Shown here one piece after another: positions 29,204-38,644 of a stretch of DNA of 64,000 nt. The position numbers and the translations under genes are program-made. Numbering within the stretch: position 1 is the first letter of the stretch; each line of letters begins with the position of its first letter. Under the pieces are notes generated by a model. The model did not search any database, had not been told where the DNA came from, and saw nothing but the letters and a program-made list of their open reading frames with translations. The stretch comes from an uncultured bacterium (GTDB lineage Bacteria > Oederibacteriota > Oederibacteriia > Oederibacteriales > Oederibacteriaceae): assembly GCA_965112635.1 (NCBI GenBank), contig OZ218778.1, positions 960,001 to 1,024,000 of the forward strand, read 5' to 3'.

Positions 29204-29860
29204 ATGTTTGATGAAGTAAAAGGAAAAGTGGGTTCAGTTAAAATTAAGAAAAATGATATTTTAAAAGACGGTCTAAAGTTGTTATCTCTATCAGGAATTA
29301 TTACTTTTAATTCGGAAGGTAAGAAGGCAGGCCAGGCTTATAAATATTACAACAGGGATGGCTCCTTTAAAGAAAAGGTAGTTTGGATATTTGACCTTAA
29401 GGGTAATGAGATTGAATGTGCTGTTTATGATAAGGATAATTCTCAGGTTGAAAGAAGGACTGAAAATATTAAAGGAAATAAAACGGAATCAGCTTTTTAT
29501 GATAAAGAAGATAAGGTTGTTCATAAAACCGCAGTTGTTAAAGATTTCAAAAATAAGCTTTTAGATGTAACTCACCTTAGTTCTGATGGTTCTATTTTAG
29601 AAAAAGAGGTTATTAAAATTGATAAGGCTGCTGTTGGCGAAAATGCAAACGCTGATAAGGATTGTGCTTTTGAACACGATGAATTTAACAATGTAAAAAG
29701 TATCCGTTTCTTTTATGAACAAGGAAATACTTCTTTAGAGCAAGAGTTTCTGTATAAGTATGACCAACAAGGTAACTGGATTGAACAGGCTGAGTATAAG
29801 GTAAAAGGGAATAACACTGAACCTGTTTCAATCACATACAGAACTATTAAGTATCTTTAG
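29204..29860 (+). CDS. Hypothetical with YD-like repeats
   Basis: KGKV.SV..., YD..GN..E repeats, YKYDQQGNWIE...RTIKY. Confidence 0.65.
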   Translation: MFDEVKGKVGSVKIKKNDILKDGLKLLSLSGIITFNSEGKKAGQAYKYYNRDGSFKEKVVWIFDLKGNEIECAVYDKDNSQVERRTENIKGNKTESAFYDKEDKVVHKTAVVKDFKNKLLDVTHLSSDGSILEKEVIKIDKAAVGENANADKDCAFEHDEFNNVKSIRFFYEQGNTSLEQEFLYKYDQQGNWIEQAEYKVKGNNTEPVSITYRTIKYL

Positions 29861-29933
29861 CGGAATTCAGATGATCTATAGTCTGATGATAAGAATACTC
29901 ATGAAAGGTGAAATTATTGAAATGCGAGCGTGC

Positions 29934-29984
29934 TCCTAAGGAAAACCATATAGGATTTGCTATGGCATTGAGTTGTTTTAGTAA
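29934..29984 (+). promoter_or_regulatory. Conserved upstream element with sigma54-like TGGCA-N5-TTGT
   Basis: About 40/51 identical to 51703-51753. Confidence 0.45.
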
Positions 29985-30037
29985 AAGCTATTGGATTACC
30001 TTTAAAAACACAATTTCTTATTGAAGGATTAAAAAAC

Positions 30038-30865
30038 ATGAGATTACTTTCTATTAAGTTTGATAGTTTTATGCAATTTAAAGGTAAACAAGAAATAACG
30101 TTTTCTGAAAAGAATGGAATTACAGTTATTAGAGGTGGTGGCGGTAGAGGAAAAACAGGGATATATAGAGGTTTTGTTTTCGGTTTATTTGGTGAAAAAA
30201 CATTAGTTCAGGATGTAGATAAAGGCAGTGACGTTATTTTTACAAATATTTCTAGCGTTGAGGAAAACAAACAAGCAAAAGCTTCTGTTAAGGTTGCTTT
30301 CGAACATTCTGGTGACAGGTATGTAATTAAGAGAGGGTTAGCCTGTATAAAAAATGTTAATGGATATAGTGAACAAAAAGATAGTGCAGTTATGAAAATA
30401 ACATCTAAAGATGGGGAAGTTAAAATAATTAAAAGTGAAGATGCAATAGCAAGCAAAATTAATAAAATTGTCGACCGGAAATTAAAGGATTCCTTTTTTA
30501 TTGACGCAGAAAACATTGAAAAGATAAGGAAGCTACCTGAAAAGGAATTCATTACGGCACTTGCTCAGTTAGCAGTAAGGTCATCAGGCGCGTTGGAAAT
30601 GCCGTTATTTATGGATAGTCCGTTTGGGGGATTGGATGACAAGCATAGGTTAACCTTTATAAATACTATTCCGGAATATGCTTCTCAATTGATATTAACA
30701 ATAAATGCCGAGATGGGTCAAAGAGAGGCAAGTTATCTTACGAAAACCAATAAATGGGAGAAAGCTTACGATTTAATTGCTGATGGTAAGAATACGGTTA
30801 TCAAAGAAGTTGCAGTATCAGAATTTATCAGAAGTTTAGGGAAGGGAGAGGTTAAATGCCATTAA
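30038..30865 (+). CDS. Rad50/SbcC/DndD-like ABC ATPase head lacking the coiled coil
   Basis: GGGGRGKT, FFIDAE, PLFMDSPFGGLD..HR; only 275 aa and no LSxGE signature. Confidence 0.7.
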   Translation: MRLLSIKFDSFMQFKGKQEITFSEKNGITVIRGGGGRGKTGIYRGFVFGLFGEKTLVQDVDKGSDVIFTNISSVEENKQAKASVKVAFEHSGDRYVIKRGLACIKNVNGYSEQKDSAVMKITSKDGEVKIIKSEDAIASKINKIVDRKLKDSFFIDAENIEKIRKLPEKEFITALAQLAVRSSGALEMPLFMDSPFGGLDDKHRLTFINTIPEYASQLILTINAEMGQREASYLTKTNKWEKAYDLIADGKNTVIKEVAVSEFIRSLGKGEVKCH

Positions 30866-31623
30866 ATTGTAAACCTATAAAAAAAGCTGTTATAAATTAT
30901 TATACTCGAAGACTATTCGAAGAAAAGACGCTTGCAGATTCTTTTGTTGGATTTATAGAGCTGTTAAAGGGAAAAGATGAATATCAAATTAAAAAAGAGA
31001 TATTAATCAGAACTTCTTTACTTGGCTTAATTTTTACAAAGGATTTTTCAACTCATAGCGGAATGTGTGAGTGTGATGCACTTACAAGCTTTGTAGGAGC
31101 TATCTACACATTCAAAAATGACATTATAAAAATTAGCAATCCAGGGATGCATTCATTAGGAGAGAGAATAAAGTTAATTGGAAAACTTTTAAAATACCAA
31201 GAAAGGCCGGGACACCCAGAACGTCCAGATGCACTGTTAGATTTTTACTCTTTATTCTTGAATTATTGTTTTCCTGATTTGTTTCCTTTCTATAATGATC
31301 ATATATCGGTTGGAGCTTTGGAAATGTTTAGAACCCATCCTAAAATAGCGTCTAGATATCCTCTTATTCCAAAAATCAAAATCGAAAATTCATGCGAAAA
31401 TTATCTTAAGATATTAAAGTTCTACAATTTTCTAATAATTAATTGTTTCACGGACCTGGATGAAGTTGGAAAAGAATGTGAATCGATTTTCAAGAAGAGA
31501 GGGTTAAATATAAAACTATCGAAATTAAGGATGCTAGATAAATATTTCATAAAACAAGGTTGGGATGTATTTACAAAGAAAACTGAGAAAAAAAGGAAAT
31601 GGGTAGAATTGGTGGTTGATTAG
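30856..31623 (+). CDS. Degenerate homolog of the glycosylase-like family (#4)
   Basis: DFYSLFLNYCFPDLFPFYND...NYLKI...LRMLDKYF..QG; overlaps the ATPase stop. Confidence 0.45.
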   Translation: MPLNCKPIKKAVINYYTRRLFEEKTLADSFVGFIELLKGKDEYQIKKEILIRTSLLGLIFTKDFSTHSGMCECDALTSFVGAIYTFKNDIIKISNPGMHSLGERIKLIGKLLKYQERPGHPERPDALLDFYSLFLNYCFPDLFPFYNDHISVGALEMFRTHPKIASRYPLIPKIKIENSCENYLKILKFYNFLIINCFTDLDEVGKECESIFKKRGLNIKLSKLRMLDKYFIKQGWDVFTKKTEKKRKWVELVVD

Positions 31624-31764
31624 GTTATTCAGGCTGATAGTGGGTATTCTGACCGTTCTTTTTTAATAAAAAATAGACCCTGTATTTGGTGATATAATTA
31701 CTGTCAGTAGATACTTTTTGGCTATTGGATAAACCACATAATTATATTAGAGAAATTGTAACCA

Positions 31765-31840
31765 ACGAAAGGGCGACCCGTGGCGAAAGTCCGGGGGGCA
31801 AAGCTTCCGCCTAAATATATGGCACAGGAGCATACCGAAT
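31765..31840 (+). ncRNA. c-di-GMP-I (GEMM)-like riboswitch, variant or degenerate
   Basis: CCCG(T)GGC-GAAA-GTC-CGGG stem, GCAAAGC, CCTAA/TATGG tetraloop receptor, GCTTC/GGAGC stem; weak P1. Confidence 0.6.
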
Positions 31841-31993
31841 GGATAACTTTATTTCTTTAATTACCATCTGTTTCCGTCCAATTAGATCAGTCTTTCAATC
31901 CTATGACGGTATAATGAGAAGTACTAGAAATATTTATGCTATTGAGCAAACCACATCTACATCTATCACCCAAGTTAGAAAGAGGGTGAACAA

Positions 31994-32359
31994 GTGGATG
32001 CAATAAAAGGCATTGATATTTCTATAGAGAAAGTACCTTCCCAAGCAATCAACTGCTGGAAAATAATAATCACGGGGTATGTTGATGCTGATACTGTAGA
32101 GCAGTTAATAGGTGAGTTAATGGTTTTGACCCGCCAGAAGTCAGTCAAATTGATAGTGGATTTAAAAGGGGTTACATTCATGGGTTGCGCTGGCTGGTCT
32201 GCCTTAACACAGATAGCGGAAGAACTCTTCAAAGCTCAGGGAAAGATCGTTATTTTAAATATGACACCTAATATGGAACGCACTTATAAGTTATTAAAAC
32301 TGGAAGCTACTCTGCCGTCTTTTACCAATGAAGATGACGCATTACACTATCTATTATAG
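31994..32359 (+). CDS. STAS anti-sigma-factor antagonist #1
   Basis: GYVD...IVDLKGVTFMGCAG...LKL. Confidence 0.85.
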   Translation: MDAIKGIDISIEKVPSQAINCWKIIITGYVDADTVEQLIGELMVLTRQKSVKLIVDLKGVTFMGCAGWSALTQIAEELFKAQGKIVILNMTPNMERTYKLLKLEATLPSFTNEDDALHYLL

Positions 32360-32539
32360 ATAACCTCCCTTTGGGTTTTAGACGCTTAAGCCGTTTTAAA
32401 TAATGATAGATACCAACCCTTACTATTTTTAGGGATTAGGTCATTACCTATGGTGTATAATTAAATTTAATAAATGTGGTTATGCCATTGAACAAGCTGC
32501 ATATTTATTTATTACTCAAATCAGAAAGAGGTTAAATAA

Positions 32540-32926
32540 GTGAGTGAAACAAAAGGGGTTGATATATCTATAGAGCAATTCACCCCCCCCCCCCCCCGCG
32601 CGAATTCTCTTCAGCCAATTAACTGCTGGAAAATAATAATCAAAGGCTATCTTGATGCGAGTACCGCAGGGCAGCTAATGAGGGAGTCGAAAGTTTTAAC
32701 CTGCCAGAAATCAATCAAAGTGATTGTGGATTTAAAAGGTGTTACCTTCATGGATGCTGCTGGATGGGCTATTTTAATACATGTAGCTGAAGAAATCTTA
32801 AAGACTCAAGGGAAAGCTGTTATTTTAAATATGACACCTGCTGTGGAAAGTGTTTATAAGTTATTGGAACCAAAACATCTACCGTCTTTTTCAACTGAAG
32901 CTGATGCACTGCACTACTTGGGCTAA
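32540..32926 (+). CDS. STAS anti-sigma-factor antagonist #2
   Basis: GYLD...IVDLKGVTFMDAAG; poly-C insert near the 5' end. Confidence 0.85.
   Translation: MSETKGVDISIEQFTPPPPRANSLQPINCWKIIIKGYLDASTAGQLMRESKVLTCQKSIKVIVDLKGVTFMDAAGWAILIHVAEEILKTQGKAVILNMTPAVESVYKLLEPKHLPSFSTEADALHYLG
32583..32597 (+). repeat. C15 homopolymer inside STAS #2
   Basis: 15 consecutive C in AT-rich DNA. Confidence 0.9.
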
Positions 32927-33057
32927 AGATTCTGGCTAACCAACCTTCTAAATTTCAGTGAATCAAAAAACGTCCGAGTAATAAACCTATATGTTTGACA
33001 TGAGCAAAAGGGAAGAGCAGAATTAGGAAGGTGTTTTAGTAATTCTAAAAGTGTAAC

Positions 33058-33396
33058 TTGAGGTTCATCGTGGATGCCAAAAAACCATATCCCAATGATT
33101 CCACTAAAAAGAAGATTGAAGCTTTTTTCCTAACACCGATACCAGACAAAGTTCGTAATGAAGTGGTGGAATGCCAAGGAGGTTTTATTCTCCAGGAAGT
33201 CAGACCTCACTGGCAGAGGCAAGGAGAGTTTACCCGTCATCTTTTTGCTAAGATGGTTTATGTGTCTAAGACAGATGAATGGAAAGTTTATTGGCAACGG
33301 GCAAATGGAGATTGGAATCTACTTCATATGCTTAAGACTTTGGACGAGGTTCTGGTGTTTATCAATTCCAATCCTAATGGTTGCTTTTTCGGATGA
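33058..33396 (+). CDS. DUF3024-like protein
   Basis: E.RP.W.......AK..Y......WK.YWQRA...W...GCFFG. Confidence 0.8.
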   Translation: MRFIVDAKKPYPNDSTKKKIEAFFLTPIPDKVRNEVVECQGGFILQEVRPHWQRQGEFTRHLFAKMVYVSKTDEWKVYWQRANGDWNLLHMLKTLDEVLVFINSNPNGCFFG

Positions 33397-33614
33397 ATAT
33401 GACGTTACTGACAAAAACACTCCCTCGCTGGCCCAGACGGTCGCTTTCAGCGGAATTTCCAAACTATTATAACCAGAAAATAAGATAGATTTATTAAGAT
33501 GACTGAAATTTATTAGCCCTGTCGATTGTTATTACTAATAGGGGTTTGTTGGCTTTATATGTAGTTATATTTAGGAAGAAATATTAAAAGATACTATTGG
33601 AGGGGGTGAAAATA

Positions 33615-33950
33615 ATGAAAATTACCAAAATATTGTTATTAGTAGTTCTGGTATTTGCTTTTAGCGGAGTGTCTTTATTGATGGCGCAGACCGCAGCTGT
33701 TACTCCAGCTGTGAATAAGACAGCCCTCGATGCAGATAAAGCTGCCCTGAAAAATGATAGAGCAGCTATGAAGACTGATATGGAAAAGCTGAAAGCGGAT
33801 AAGGCAGCCAACAATGCCACCGCTGTTACGGCAGACAAAGCCCAACTCGCGAAAGATAAAGCCCAGATGAAAGCTGATATGAAGAAGTTCAAGGCTGACG
33901 GAGGAAAGGGATTCGGGGGAGAAGGTAAAGGAAAGGGAGGAAAAAAGTAG
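33615..33950 (+). CDS. Secreted Lys/Ala/Asp-rich small protein
   Basis: Signal peptide; ADKA-type heptad repeats. Confidence 0.7.
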   Translation: MKITKILLLVVLVFAFSGVSLLMAQTAAVTPAVNKTALDADKAALKNDRAAMKTDMEKLKADKAANNATAVTADKAQLAKDKAQMKADMKKFKADGGKGFGGEGKGKGGKK

Positions 33951-33977
33951 CCCAGTAACTTTCCTTAGAAAATAGAG

Positions 33978-34013
33978 AAAGGGGGAGGTGATTTATCACT
34001 TCCCCTTTTTTTT
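33978..34013 (+). terminator. Intrinsic terminator
   Basis: GGGGAGGTGAT/ATCACTTCCCC stem followed by T8. Confidence 0.8.
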
Positions 34014-34163
34014 GTGCCCATTACCAATTTCAATCTAGGCTATCCCAGGAGAGATTCTAAAAAGGAATCCATTAGGAAGTGCCTATGGTGGTATAATTAA
34101 ATTAAGCAGATATATTTGTATTGAGCAACCCACAGACACCCATCACCCAAAATAGGGGGACTC

Positions 34164-34535
34164 GTGGATGAAACAACAGGCATTGATATTTCAATAGAGA
34201 AAATACCCTCCCAGACAATCAACTGCTGGAAAATAATCATCAAGGGATATCTCGATGTTGATACCGCAGGCCAGTTAATGAGTGAATCAATGGTTTTGAC
34301 CTGCCGGAAATCAGTCAAAGTAATAGTGGATTTAAAAGGTGTTACTTTCATAGACAGTGCCGGATGGGATGCTTTACTACGCATAGCGGAAGAGCTTATC
34401 AAAACAAAAGGGAAAATCGTTATTTTAAATATGACACCTACTGTGGAACGCGGTTATAAGTTATTAAAACTGGAATCTACTTTGCCATCTTTTCCTACTG
34501 AAGCTGATGTGTGGAAAAAATCGCAAAGAGTATAA
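34164..34535 (+). CDS. STAS anti-sigma-factor antagonist #3
   Basis: IVDLKGVTFIDSAG (canonical Ser). Confidence 0.85.
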   Translation: MDETTGIDISIEKIPSQTINCWKIIIKGYLDVDTAGQLMSESMVLTCRKSVKVIVDLKGVTFIDSAGWDALLRIAEELIKTKGKIVILNMTPTVERGYKLLKLESTLPSFPTEADVWKKSQRV

Positions 34536-34572
34536 GTTATAAGTTTGCTACACCAAGCAGGGGAGGGTAATT

Positions 34573-35622
34573 ATGAAAAAGGATGAGGAAAAACAAAAAA
34601 ATTTAAAACAAGGAGCAGATAAAAAAGGTCTGAAAAAAACAGGAGTGATCAAGAAAATTAAAGATGGCCTTATCTCAACGATTAAAAGGACTGTTTCAAG
34701 AAAGACCAAGGATGTTGCCCTAGTTACTCCTGGGAAGTCAGAAACAGCAGAACCTACCAAAGAGAAATTTGTTGAGCAAAAGATGATGAATCAACTGGGC
34801 GGGCCTGTAGTGATGAGAGTGGATGAACGCTATGTTCTCCCTTTGGGCTATGGGGATAATAAAATAGTGCTCATGGCTAGAGACCCTTATTGGGCCTTTG
34901 CTTACTGGGAGATCACTCCGGAGAAGGACGCAGAAGTGAGGAACCAAATAGATGAAAAATTACGGCAGGGTCTTAAGTATATCCTTAGAGTTTATGATGT
35001 TACGGATATTAATTTTAACGGCAGCAATGCCAACCGGTATTTTGATATTGAGTTAACCAGTGTCATCAATAATTGGTATCTCAATGTAGGGGTAGCCAAT
35101 AGGTCGTATTGCGTAGATATAGGTATCCTGACCGCTGATGGTCGGTTCTTTATGATAGCCAGGTCCAATTTTATCACGACCCCTAGCGATGTTATTTCAT
35201 CCGCCGTGGATGAGGAATGGATGGTAGCCAGTGATGACTTTAATGAAATATTCCGTTTATCCGGCGGCTTGCAAAGAGGATCTGCCTCAGGGGATATATC
35301 CAAGCTGTTGATGAAAAGACTGCAAGAGGAAACATCTTCAGGTTCCATGGGCAGCCTGTCCAGTCCGGCTGGCCGAGAAGTCAGAGCCAAGGACTTCTGG
35401 CTAGTCGTGGATGCCGAACTCATTATTTACGGGGCCACTGAACCTGATGCGACGGTGACAATACAAGGCCGACCACTCACATTAAATGCGGATGGAACTT
35501 TCAGTTGCCGTTTTGCTTTACCTGATGGGAAACAGGTTTTTCCTGTAAAAGCCGTGTCAGTGGATAAGACTGATGAACGGATCATTACGCCTACGGTGAC
35601 ACGAAGCACTACTAAAGGATAA
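34573..35622 (+). CDS. DUF4912-domain protein
   Basis: LP.GYG...IVLMARDP.W.FAYWE...LRVYDVT...FWLVVDAELIIYGATEPDA. Confidence 0.85.
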   Translation: MKKDEEKQKNLKQGADKKGLKKTGVIKKIKDGLISTIKRTVSRKTKDVALVTPGKSETAEPTKEKFVEQKMMNQLGGPVVMRVDERYVLPLGYGDNKIVLMARDPYWAFAYWEITPEKDAEVRNQIDEKLRQGLKYILRVYDVTDINFNGSNANRYFDIELTSVINNWYLNVGVANRSYCVDIGILTADGRFFMIARSNFITTPSDVISSAVDEEWMVASDDFNEIFRLSGGLQRGSASGDISKLLMKRLQEETSSGSMGSLSSPAGREVRAKDFWLVVDAELIIYGATEPDATVTIQGRPLTLNADGTFSCRFALPDGKQVFPVKAVSVDKTDERIITPTVTRSTTKG

Positions 35623-35827
35623 GGGGCTGGAAAAAGATACCTTTAGGGATCGGATGGCTGGAGCTATGAAATGAATACAGTAAAAAGGTACAAAGTAATA
35701 AAGAAAGGTTGGGTCTGGCTGGTTGAGGAAAAAGGGTTATCGGTCAAGGTCATTAAAACCATCAAATCAGGTAAAAATGAAAAAGGGGTAATAATAAGAA
35801 ATAAAACTAAAAGACGAAGAGGTAAAA

Positions 35828-35992
35828 GTGTTTAGAAAAGTTGTTGCTTCTCTGCTTAGAAATATCACCCAGAAACCTTACTCTACCTGCTTGAAGTGCG
35901 GCAGAATTACTTTTGACTCAACGGGCATTAAGAGTAAATACTGTGACAACTGCAAGAATGCTTTAGAGAATAAAAAGAAAACAGAAAAGTAA
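35828..35992 (+). CDS. 54-aa zinc-ribbon microprotein (absent from ORF track)
   Basis: ...CLKCGR...KYCDNCK...; GTG start after AGAGG. Confidence 0.55.
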   Translation: MFRKVVASLLRNITQKPYSTCLKCGRITFDSTGIKSKYCDNCKNALENKKKTEK

Positions 35993-36050
35993 TTTGCCAT
36001 AGCCATAGCTCATGGATATCTATATGTACCCTATTCAAAGGAGAGTCTTT

Positions 36051-36329
36051 ATGACCCCAGTGGAAAAAGTTGCAGAGAGTTTAAAGAATGAAGCCAAAAG
36101 GCTTTGCCCCATAGCCTTCGTGAATACAGTTTCAGAGAGTGATCAGGTGGCTGATGTCTATGTCTATGCGCCTCGTAAGTATGCCGATATGCTACAAGAC
36201 AGGTTAAAGGTTTTGAGGACACAGATTTTTAAGACAATGACTGGTTCAATGGAAGTGAGGATTATCATGGACGATATGGAAAATATGACACCTAAATTAA
36301 AAGAGCAGATGGCAAAGGAGAATAGGTAG
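36051..36329 (+). CDS. Hypothetical protein
   Basis: AAGGAG RBS before ATG 36051. Confidence 0.6.
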   Translation: MTPVEKVAESLKNEAKRLCPIAFVNTVSESDQVADVYVYAPRKYADMLQDRLKVLRTQIFKTMTGSMEVRIIMDDMENMTPKLKEQMAKENR

Positions 36330-36413
36330 GAGTTTAAAGGGGTAAAAGCCATCTTAGAATTACAATGGCTAAACACTAAGTGGGTTTATTAAGTTTTAAG
36401 GAAGGAGGTTGCG

Positions 36414-37079
36414 ATGGGAGAAAAAGTAAGAACAATTAAGCTTGGTTTTGTGAACGCATTTTTAGTTGAATCGAGGAACGGTTTTATTTTGATAGATACA
36501 GGTATGGCTAACCAGTGGGACCAATTGGAAAGCCGATTGCTATCCTTTGGTTGCCTTCCCGAACAACTGAAACTCGTGGTGATCACACACGGTGACCCTG
36601 ACCATACAGGAGGTTGTGTAAAGCTTCAGCAGAAATACAAGGTTAGCGTAGCAATCCATCAGGGAGATGCTTCAATGGTGGAGAACGGCATCATGCAGAA
36701 AAGGAAAATACGGGGTTTAAAACGTAAGGTATTTATTTTTTTCAGGAGATTGATGATGCCAAAACTAAGAATGACCAAGTTCAAACCAGATATGCTTTTA
36801 AGTGACGGGCAAAGTCTGGAACAATACGGATTGAAAGCAAGGGTATATCATCTGCCAGGACACACCATGGGTTCTATCGGTATTTTAACCGATGAAGGGG
36901 ATTTCTTTTCTGGTGACACTCTGGTGAATAACAAAAAGCCCGATACTGCTACTTACATTGAAAATTCACAGGAACTACAGAATACAATTGATAAGTTAAA
37001 GAAATTAGGGATGAAAAAGATTTTTCCTGGTCATGGCAAGCCATTCTTAGCAGAAGAACTTCCGTGGATGAAAAAGTAG
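36414..37079 (+). CDS. MBL-fold metallo-hydrolase
   Basis: LIDTG, THGDPDH, PGHT, GD, PGHG. Confidence 0.9.
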   Translation: MGEKVRTIKLGFVNAFLVESRNGFILIDTGMANQWDQLESRLLSFGCLPEQLKLVVITHGDPDHTGGCVKLQQKYKVSVAIHQGDASMVENGIMQKRKIRGLKRKVFIFFRRLMMPKLRMTKFKPDMLLSDGQSLEQYGLKARVYHLPGHTMGSIGILTDEGDFFSGDTLVNNKKPDTATYIENSQELQNTIDKLKKLGMKKIFPGHGKPFLAEELPWMKK

Positions 37080-37209
37080 GACAGAGAAGAAAAGAGTTTC
37101 TTTTCCACTGGTCAATTCAAAATATCATAAAAAAACTTAACATACCAAAATAGGGTGTAAATTCAAGGTCACGAGTTCAATAAGACTGAGGATGCCCTCT
37201 GCTAAAACA

Positions 37210-37238
37210 AAAAGGCCTCTATTTTATAGAGGCCTTTT
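37210..37238. terminator. Bidirectional terminator
   Basis: AAAAGGCCTCTAT-TTT-ATAGAGGCCTTTT between convergent genes. Confidence 0.8.
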
Positions 37239-37259
37239 GTCCTATTTCTTGATGTAATG

Positions 37260-37991
37260 TTACTTTGCTGCTGGTGTTACCGGTGTCGTATTAGGCACAA
37301 CTGGGGTGGTGCTTACCGCTCCCTTGCCTGAAAGATCAAAATAATAGGCAAGGCTGACTTTAAGCGCTAACCCGCTAAAATCAGCTGCCGCATCTGAGCC
37401 GCCACTGGTCTTCCAATTTCCGCCAGTAGATGTTGCGATAGGAGATAAGCTGGCATAACGATAACCTAAATCCAAACTTGCTGAAAACTGGCGAGTAAGG
37501 AAATATTCTGCACCCACAGTTAACAGAACACCCACACCTGAACTGGTATAGGTTGGTGATGGGTAACCCGGAATAGTTGTGCTCATGCTACCATTCAAGG
37601 ATTCATAAGCAATGCCTAGATTGACCTTTAAATCCAAGTTTTGAGTAACGTCCGGCCACACATACCCGCCTGTGACTGCGACTTCGAGTAATGGCGCATT
37701 CAAGGTAAGGTTGTAAGTTGAACCTTCAATATTTGAATTGGTGCTGCCGGAATAAATATAATCAACAGCTAAACCACCTTCAATATTTGGAGTAAAACCG
37801 TAGGTAACAGCACCGCCTCCACCTAAAGCTTGGCTAATCGAGTTCAGAGGGCTTAAAGTGCTATTAACATCGCTCATTGATACTGTTGCGTAATCAAAAA
37901 TGCCGTGAATACCTAACTGACCATCACGACTCCCTGCACTGGCGCTAACAGCGATCAAAAGAACTGTTAAAACAATAACTAATTTTTTCAT
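37260..37991 (-). CDS. Outer-membrane beta-barrel protein
   Basis: Signal peptide; amphipathic strands GAEYF, LGYRY, LAYYF. Confidence 0.75.
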   Translation of the reverse strand: MKKLVIVLTVLLIAVSASAGSRDGQLGIHGIFDYATVSMSDVNSTLSPLNSISQALGGGGAVTYGFTPNIEGGLAVDYIYSGSTNSNIEGSTYNLTLNAPLLEVAVTGGYVWPDVTQNLDLKVNLGIAYESLNGSMSTTIPGYPSPTYTSSGVGVLLTVGAEYFLTRQFSASLDLGYRYASLSPIATSTGGNWKTSGGSDAAADFSGLALKVSLAYYFDLSGKGAVSTTPVVPNTTPVTPAAK

Positions 37992-38100
37992 AATATTTTC
38001 ACCCCCTTTCTTTCTAAAATTTAAATGTTAGCGTTATGTTAGGGTGAGCAAACGGTTTTGTCAATAGTTGACATGGATAAATTATTGATTTATCATAGAT

Positions 38101-38123
38101 GTTGATATAGTAGATATATCAAC
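38101..38123. promoter_or_regulatory. Palindromic operator of the MarR gene
   Basis: GTTGATATA-N5-TATATCAAC. Confidence 0.65.
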
Positions 38124-38145
38124 TATATTTTTATAGGAGACAGTA

Positions 38146-38559
38146 ATGGAAACAAAAGATATTTTAAAAAAAATCATATTTTTATACCGCGCTGTCGGCA
38201 GATTGTCCGCGCGTCATTTTGAACCCTTGGGTTTAACCCCGATTCAGGGTGGACTTATCGGCTACCTTTTCCGGCACAGCAAAATATCCCAAGCGGATCT
38301 ATCGCGTTTAGCTGGGAGCGACCCGGCAGCTACGGGAAAAGCCATTGACAGCCTTATAAAAAATGGCTGGGTCGTCAAACACGAACATCCTACCGACCGC
38401 CGGCGCTGGATCATTTCTCTGAGCTCTAAAGGTAAAAAGGCGGGGTCTAAGGTCACAAAATATTTCGTCAATGTTTCCAAAGAAATTTTGTCACCACTCA
38501 ATCAGAGAGAAAGCAAAGTTCTACTCTCTTTACTCGATAAGATTATTAATAAACTATAA
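38146..38559 (+). CDS. MarR-family regulator
   Basis: LTP.Q...SQADL...L...GWV......DRR...I.LS.KG. Confidence 0.9.
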   Translation: METKDILKKIIFLYRAVGRLSARHFEPLGLTPIQGGLIGYLFRHSKISQADLSRLAGSDPAATGKAIDSLIKNGWVVKHEHPTDRRRWIISLSSKGKKAGSKVTKYFVNVSKEILSPLNQRESKVLLSLLDKIINKL

Positions 38560-38644
38560 GTCTAACCAACGACTTTTATCTGAAAGGAGCTATTATTTCT
38601 TTGGAAAGAAAAATTATTTTAAAAATCAATATTAGAAAAGGGGT

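Noticed and set aside
30038-30865. Dnd phosphorothioation system
   Set aside because: Only a truncated DndD-like head is present; no dndA/B/C/E.
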